From NCBI GenBank assembly GCA_022775045.1, contig JALFLB010000011.1, forward strand, positions 23,384 to 87,383: DNA of 64,000 bases, written 5' to 3'. The position numbers and the translations under genes were made by a program. The notes under the pieces are model-generated. The model did not search any database. It saw only the letters and a list, made by a program, of their open reading frames with translations, and was not told where the DNA came from. The stretch is from Agathobacter sp. GTDB taxonomy: Bacteria; Bacillota; Clostridia; Lachnospirales; Lachnospiraceae. Below, one piece after another: positions 58,938 to 64,000 of this stretch (the stretch's first letter is position 1; each line of letters opens with the position of its first letter).

Positions 58938-59732
58938 ATGAACACAGCATTAACAATTGCCGGAAGTGATTCCAGCGGAGGCGCTGGAATTCAGGCCGAT
59001 ATTAAGACAATGACTGCCAATGGTGTGTATGCCATGAGCGCAATCACGGCACTTACCGCACAGAATACAATGGGAGTGGCAGATATTATGGAGGTGACAC
59101 CGGATTTTCTGGAAAAGCAGATTGATTGCATTTTTACGGACATTTATCCGGATGCGGTCAAGACAGGAATGGTGTCTTCTGCTGCGCTGATCGAGGTGAT
59201 TGCGGACAAGCTGAAAACCTACAGTGCAAAAAATATTGTTGTGGATCCGGTTATGGTGGCTACCAGCGGAGCCAGGCTGATCAGTGAGGAAGCAGTTGAT
59301 ATCATGAAAGAAAAGTTGTTGCCAATTGCTACTCTCATTACGCCGAATATTCCGGAAGCGGAAGTGCTTGCCAAAATGGAAATCACGACTCAGGAGAATA
59401 TGGAAATGGCAGCAGCACGCATTTGTGAAGCTTACGGATGTGCAGTTCTTTTAAAAGGTGGTCATCAGCTGAATGATGCAAACGATCTGCTGTATTGCAG
59501 TGGGGAGGAACCGGTGTGGTTTCATGGAAAGCGGATTAACAATCCCAATACACACGGAACCGGTTGTACGCTCTCGAGTGCAATCGCATCGAATCTTGCT
59601 AAAGGATACGATTTGAAAACTGCCGTGAAGAACGCGAAGGATTATATCTCGGGTGCATTGGCAGCGATGCTCGACCTTGGAAAGGGCAGTGGTCCGATGA
59701 ATCATGCTTTTGCAATTATGAATAACAGATAG
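58938..59732 (+). CDS. thiD: Hydroxymethylpyrimidine/phosphomethylpyrimidine kinase
   Basis: LTIAGSDSSGGAGIQAD, DPVMV, TPNIPEA and THGTGCT. Confidence 0.96.
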   Translation: MNTALTIAGSDSSGGAGIQADIKTMTANGVYAMSAITALTAQNTMGVADIMEVTPDFLEKQIDCIFTDIYPDAVKTGMVSSAALIEVIADKLKTYSAKNIVVDPVMVATSGARLISEEAVDIMKEKLLPIATLITPNIPEAEVLAKMEITTQENMEMAAARICEAYGCAVLLKGGHQLNDANDLLYCSGEEPVWFHGKRINNPNTHGTGCTLSSAIASNLAKGYDLKTAVKNAKDYISGALAAMLDLGKGSGPMNHAFAIMNNR

Positions 59733-59754
59733 AGAAAGAGAGATTGATTGTACG

Positions 59755-60291
59755 ATGGAGAAACAAGCAGGAAGAAATAGTATAAAGAAATTAACATTGA
59801 CGGCATTTTTTACGGCAGTCGCCGTGATAGGAAGTTTGTTTTCCTTCCCGGTATTCGGGTCAAAATGTGCGCCGGTACAGCATCTGGTAAATGTGCTGTG
59901 TGCGGTTACGGTCGGTCCGTGGTGGGGGCTTGCGCAGGCGTTTATGGCGGCACTTTTGCGCAATCTGCTCGGGCTTGGCAGTCCGCTGGCGTTTCCAGGA
60001 AGCATGTGTGGAGTGCTTCTGGCAGGATTACTCTATAAATATGGGAAAAAATTGCCGTTTGCTTATGTGGGAGAGGTGTTTGGGACAGGAATTCTTGGAG
60101 GTATGCTTTCTTACCCGATTGCCGCTTTTGTCATGGGGAATAAAGAGGCTGCGCTGTTTACTTTCGTGGTGCCATTTCTGATCAGCACCTGTGGGGGAAC
60201 CCTGATTGCAGCAGCGATAACAATTCCGATGAAAGCCTCCGGATTGCTTGCGCGGATGGGGCAGAGTCTGGATGGAGAACCGGTAAAATGA
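59755..60291 (+). CDS. thiW: ECF transporter S component ThiW
   Basis: CAPVQHLVNVL...LLRNLLGLGSPLAFPGSMCG...EVFGTG. Confidence 0.88.
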   Translation: MEKQAGRNSIKKLTLTAFFTAVAVIGSLFSFPVFGSKCAPVQHLVNVLCAVTVGPWWGLAQAFMAALLRNLLGLGSPLAFPGSMCGVLLAGLLYKYGKKLPFAYVGEVFGTGILGGMLSYPIAAFVMGNKEAALFTFVVPFLISTCGGTLIAAAITIPMKASGLLARMGQSLDGEPVK

Positions 60292-61151
60292 AACTGACGA
60301 AACAATATGTGGCTGATATCTATAAAAAAATAAAGGAGCAGCGTCCGATTATTCACTGCATCACCAACGCGGTGACGGTGAATGACTGTGCGAATATTCT
60401 TCTGGCTTTAGGCGCTTCGCCGACGATGGCACATCATCCACTCGAGGTAGGTGAGATTACACAAGGGGCAAAGAGTCTGGTCTGCAATTTTGGCGCAATT
60501 GGAGATTATGAGGCAATGCTGGCAGCTGCAATGCGTGCCCACGAACTGGGACACCCTATCGTCATTGATCCGGTAGGTGTATCCGGCTCATCGTACCGAC
60601 GGGAGCATGCCCTTAATTTGATTGACAAGGTCAGACCGGGTTGCATTCGTGGCAACTATTCTGAGATTCGGGCGTTGCTTGAAAACTGTGGGACTGTGAC
60701 CGGCGTGGATGCCGCCGAGGCGGATCAGGATGCCGATCATCAGGCGGCATTGATCGAAGTAATGAAGGAATATGCAGATGAAAAACAGACTATTTTAATT
60801 GCATCCGGGAAGACGGATATCATTACGGATGGAAATGTCACATATCTGTGTGAAAACGGAGATCCGCTAATGGCAAAAATTACGGGAAGCGGCTGTATGT
60901 CTTCAGTGATGCTTGGAGCATTTTTGGGGGTGGAGGAGTCGGTAGAATGTGCCGCGGCCTGCTGTAGCTTTATGGGTATCGCAGGTGAGCTTGCAGCTGA
61001 GAGAGCACGTGCTTGTGGTGGTGGAACCATGACGTTTCGTGATTATATGATTGATGCGGTATCAATGATGAAAGAAGAGGATTTTGGCAGAGTATCCTGT
61101 TGGAAAACGGACTGCGTCTTTTTACAACGGATAGGAGAAAAAAGAGATTAA
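60288..61151 (+). CDS. thiM: Hydroxyethylthiazole kinase
   Basis: HCITNAVTVNDCAN, PTMA, DPVG, IRGNYSEI and ITGSGCM. Confidence 0.95.
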   Translation: MKLTKQYVADIYKKIKEQRPIIHCITNAVTVNDCANILLALGASPTMAHHPLEVGEITQGAKSLVCNFGAIGDYEAMLAAAMRAHELGHPIVIDPVGVSGSSYRREHALNLIDKVRPGCIRGNYSEIRALLENCGTVTGVDAAEADQDADHQAALIEVMKEYADEKQTILIASGKTDIITDGNVTYLCENGDPLMAKITGSGCMSSVMLGAFLGVEESVECAAACCSFMGIAGELAAERARACGGGTMTFRDYMIDAVSMMKEEDFGRVSCWKTDCVFLQRIGEKRD

Positions 61152-61257
61152 AAAGTGACAATCGATTGTCTGTTTCAAGCCTATCTCAGAAGGCAAAATT
61201 TCTTTATAATCTTCTTTGAATTAGCACATATCTATGAGGGTAAAGGGAGGAAGGCTT

Positions 61258-62925
61258 ATGGGCAAAAGAGACACTTTTTTAAAACATGTGACGGCTTGGA
61301 TGTTATGTTTATGCATGGTAGTGGTACTGGTTCCGGTAGACACAGCAATGGCAAAGACGTCGACTCCGGGGGTGACGATCACTTACAAGTTCAAGGGTAG
61401 TGACGCTGCCACAGCAGGCTTTGCACAGGGAACTATTACAGTAAAGTCTAAGACTGGCGGAAATTATTATCTGTATTGGGCCAACGGTACAAAAGCGTTG
61501 GATGGATATTATGAGATTGCACAGTTAAAGGTGAAAAAGGGTGGAAGCAAGAGTTTTACTTTTGCAGAGCAGACCGCAATACCGGCAGATGCAACCAGCA
61601 TTATCGCAATCAAATCAACGAAAGAGCCTGTCACTAAGACCGTGGCAAAGGCGGCTGCCGTTTACAAGATTCCTGCAAAGAAACAGCTGAAGTCCAAATC
61701 CAAGGATGCGCTTTATACGTTTAATTCTTATTCTGATATTCATATTGATGAGGAAAAATGGGGTGGTCCGGCAGCATACTGGCAGTACTCAGAGAAGAAC
61801 TGGGAGCAGGCGTTAGAATATTCGGTAAAAAAGAAAGTTGATTTTATCGTATCTTCGGGAGATCAGGTGACCAATGCCAATTTTGACAACCTTGATAAGG
61901 AGTGGAAGGCATACCAGAGTATTCTGGCGCAGTCCGATTACGTGAATCCGATTTATGAGGCAGGTGGAAATCATGAGGTTCGTAAGGATCCGGTTAAAGA
62001 AGAACTGGCTGCTTATGTAAAGGGCAGTGGTCTTGACTGCAATATCAGTACGATCAAGAGTGGGAAGACTTATTATACCATTACTGAGCCAAATACCGGA
62101 GATCTGTTTATATTCATGGCTCTGGAGGGAGGATACCGTCCGGCACAGTATGATGAATTTACGGACGAACAGCTTGATTGGCTGGAAAAGACATTGAAGG
62201 AAAATTATAATACGGGTAAAAATATTTACCTGATTCAGCATGCGCTGATTTCCGGTTATGGTGCAGGTGATGACACGGAAAATCCATACTATGGAGGTTC
62301 TATCAATAAGGATTTGCCAAGTGCAAAACGTTTTATTTCCATCATTGAGCAGTATCCGGACATTATCTGGATTTCCGGTCATACACATGAGGATTATCGA
62401 TTGGGATACAATTATTCGAATAACAACGGAACTTCCTGCAATATGATCCACAATAGTTCTGTGGGAAATCCGACAACGCTGGAGACGAAGGATGGAAAAA
62501 CAAGCTTAAGTTACGAATTCCATGAGAATAATTCTCAGGGTTATTATGTACAGGTATTTGAAAAGGCGATTGTGTTTAACGGAGCAAATCTGCATGATCA
62601 GAAAATTTATCCAGCATACTCTTATATCATCAAGGGAAATACAGAAAAAATTAATTCTAAAACCGACGTCTATACGATGGTAGATAAAGAGGATCTGACA
62701 TCCGGAAGTGTGAACTCGATGCTGGCAACGGTAAAGACATACCTGTCAGTCAACTATCAGTACAGTTCTTATGATCAGTATCAGCAGCTTAAGAGAACAT
62801 ATTATCAGTACAAATCTGCGGATACTTCCAAGATGTCTGCAAAGCAGCTTAAGACAGTGTACAGCAAGCTGAATTCACATCTTGAAGAACTTCATAAAGT
62901 TGTTACGGAAGTTGCGATGAATTAA
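61258..62925 (+). CDS. Secreted calcineurin-like metallophosphoesterase
   Basis: Signal peptide and SDIH, GDQV, GNHE and GHTH metal-binding motifs. Confidence 0.85.
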   Translation: MGKRDTFLKHVTAWMLCLCMVVVLVPVDTAMAKTSTPGVTITYKFKGSDAATAGFAQGTITVKSKTGGNYYLYWANGTKALDGYYEIAQLKVKKGGSKSFTFAEQTAIPADATSIIAIKSTKEPVTKTVAKAAAVYKIPAKKQLKSKSKDALYTFNSYSDIHIDEEKWGGPAAYWQYSEKNWEQALEYSVKKKVDFIVSSGDQVTNANFDNLDKEWKAYQSILAQSDYVNPIYEAGGNHEVRKDPVKEELAAYVKGSGLDCNISTIKSGKTYYTITEPNTGDLFIFMALEGGYRPAQYDEFTDEQLDWLEKTLKENYNTGKNIYLIQHALISGYGAGDDTENPYYGGSINKDLPSAKRFISIIEQYPDIIWISGHTHEDYRLGYNYSNNNGTSCNMIHNSSVGNPTTLETKDGKTSLSYEFHENNSQGYYVQVFEKAIVFNGANLHDQKIYPAYSYIIKGNTEKINSKTDVYTMVDKEDLTSGSVNSMLATVKTYLSVNYQYSSYDQYQQLKRTYYQYKSADTSKMSAKQLKTVYSKLNSHLEELHKVVTEVAMN

Positions 62926-62962
62926 ATTATGTGGTAATCTAATAAGCAGAACATAAAGGATT

Positions 62963-62998
62963 AGCTGTCATTTGACATTGGCCAGATGACAGCTTTTT
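62963..62998 (+). terminator. Probable intrinsic terminator
   Basis: AGCTGTCAT/ATGACAGCT plus T-run. Confidence 0.65.
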
Positions 62999-63042
62999 CC
63001 TATGTTGTCGGAATGATTTTGAAAGTGATGGGGGTAAGCGAT

Positions 63043-63894
63043 TTGGAATGCAAACTGGAATTGGTGGAGCGGGATCCGAACATACCGGGACGCATTTTGA
63101 TGCAGGATAAACCGGGCTGGCGATGCAGATCTTCTCTTCACTGGCATTCAGAATTGGAATTTGTTTATATGATTCACGGATGCATGGAGGCAAAGGTCAA
63201 CGGCAAGGAGTACACGATTCATGATGGGGAATTTTATTTTGTTGATCATGAGGATATCCATATCAATGCCGCACCGGATAAAATGGCGGTGCAAAAGTAT
63301 CTGGTCGTGTTGCTTTCCTACGATGAACTGAAGAGGTATCGTGAGGATCTGGATCAGTATGTGATCTGTGTCAACACCAATGAAGATGTCCGGGAAGAAA
63401 TTGCAGGACTGCTGATGCGTCTTACGGAATATGAGGAGACAGCGCCACCCTACAGTCAGATTTTAAAAAATCAGGTCATTTTGCAGCTCTATTACATCTT
63501 TCTTACTAAATGTCTCGAGCCGAAAGAGCATTTTCTGGGGGGAGTCAGAGATGTTCGTTATGCAAAACAGATCATTTCTTATGTACGGTTACATTTTCGG
63601 GAAAAGATCACGATGAATATGCTGGCTGATGAAGTCGGGTTGTCCCCACAGTATTTGTCCAAGTACTTCAAGTCAGTTACGAAAATGAATCTTGGGCAAT
63701 ACCTTGGGCGGGTGCGTGTAGAAAATGCGAACCGCGAATTGGTCAGTGGGGATCGGACTGTCACAGAAGTTGCCTTGGATAATGGATTTCCTAATGTGAA
63801 ATCCTATATCAATGTCTGCAAGCGCGTGTACGGAATGACTCCAACAGAATATAAGAAAAAACGCACTTGCAAAGAAGATTCCGGAATTATATGA
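63043..63894 (+). CDS. AraC-family transcriptional regulator (cupin plus helix-turn-helix)
   Basis: LHWHSELE cupin, LSPQYLSKYFK and VALDNGFPNVKSY; probable TTG start at 63043 behind GGGGGT. Confidence 0.92.
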   Translation: MECKLELVERDPNIPGRILMQDKPGWRCRSSLHWHSELEFVYMIHGCMEAKVNGKEYTIHDGEFYFVDHEDIHINAAPDKMAVQKYLVVLLSYDELKRYREDLDQYVICVNTNEDVREEIAGLLMRLTEYEETAPPYSQILKNQVILQLYYIFLTKCLEPKEHFLGGVRDVRYAKQIISYVRLHFREKITMNMLADEVGLSPQYLSKYFKSVTKMNLGQYLGRVRVENANRELVSGDRTVTEVALDNGFPNVKSYINVCKRVYGMTPTEYKKKRTCKEDSGII

Positions 63895-64000
63895 TGGAAG
63901 AAAAAGTTGTAAAAGGAAGGAACCGGTATGTCATTATTAAGTTGTTTTGTATATCACGGTATGGCGCGCAGCCGGGCTTACAACGCCGGAAGACATTGAG

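Noticed and set aside
63929-63999. Short ORF at the right edge (MSLLSCF...)
   Set aside because: Only 23 codons at the window edge; cannot be supported.

Overview
This is a core-chromosome segment of a spore-forming, probably motile Clostridia bacterium (Lachnospiraceae-like, inferred from gene content, synteny and protein style). It contains about 56 protein-coding genes, almost all on the + strand. These cover housekeeping (aroK, murA, metK, pflB/pflA, proS, cca, hup, tilS-hpt-ftsH, map), the conserved yabP-yabQ-divIC-spoIIE block and other sporulation genes (CotS-like, SipL-like, spoIIID, veg), a LacI-regulated maltodextrin locus, a thiamine-salvage operon and three c-di-GMP enzymes. RNA elements are one tRNA-Tyr, a SAM-I riboswitch (metK) and a ZMP/ZTP riboswitch (pflB). 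I saw no rRNA, CRISPR array, integrase or transposase. The most interesting observations are: (1) three tandem ~95-nt sibling small-RNA candidates after ftsH, each with its own promoter, conserved upstream box, C-rich anti-Shine-Dalgarno motifs and terminator; (2) an EF-G/TetM-like GTPase fused to an intact Rae1/YacP-type NYN ribonuclease; (3) four SigE-type promoters whose spacer or -10 region is the reverse complement of the downstream ribosome-binding site (RBS); (4) a CsoR-type operator/promoter joined to only the last ~26 codons of a copA/copZ-like gene, upstream of a GH5 glucanase; (5) a ~420-nt minus-strand promoter-to-terminator unit with no convincing ORF. All calls come from reading the sequence by eye; no database searches were run.
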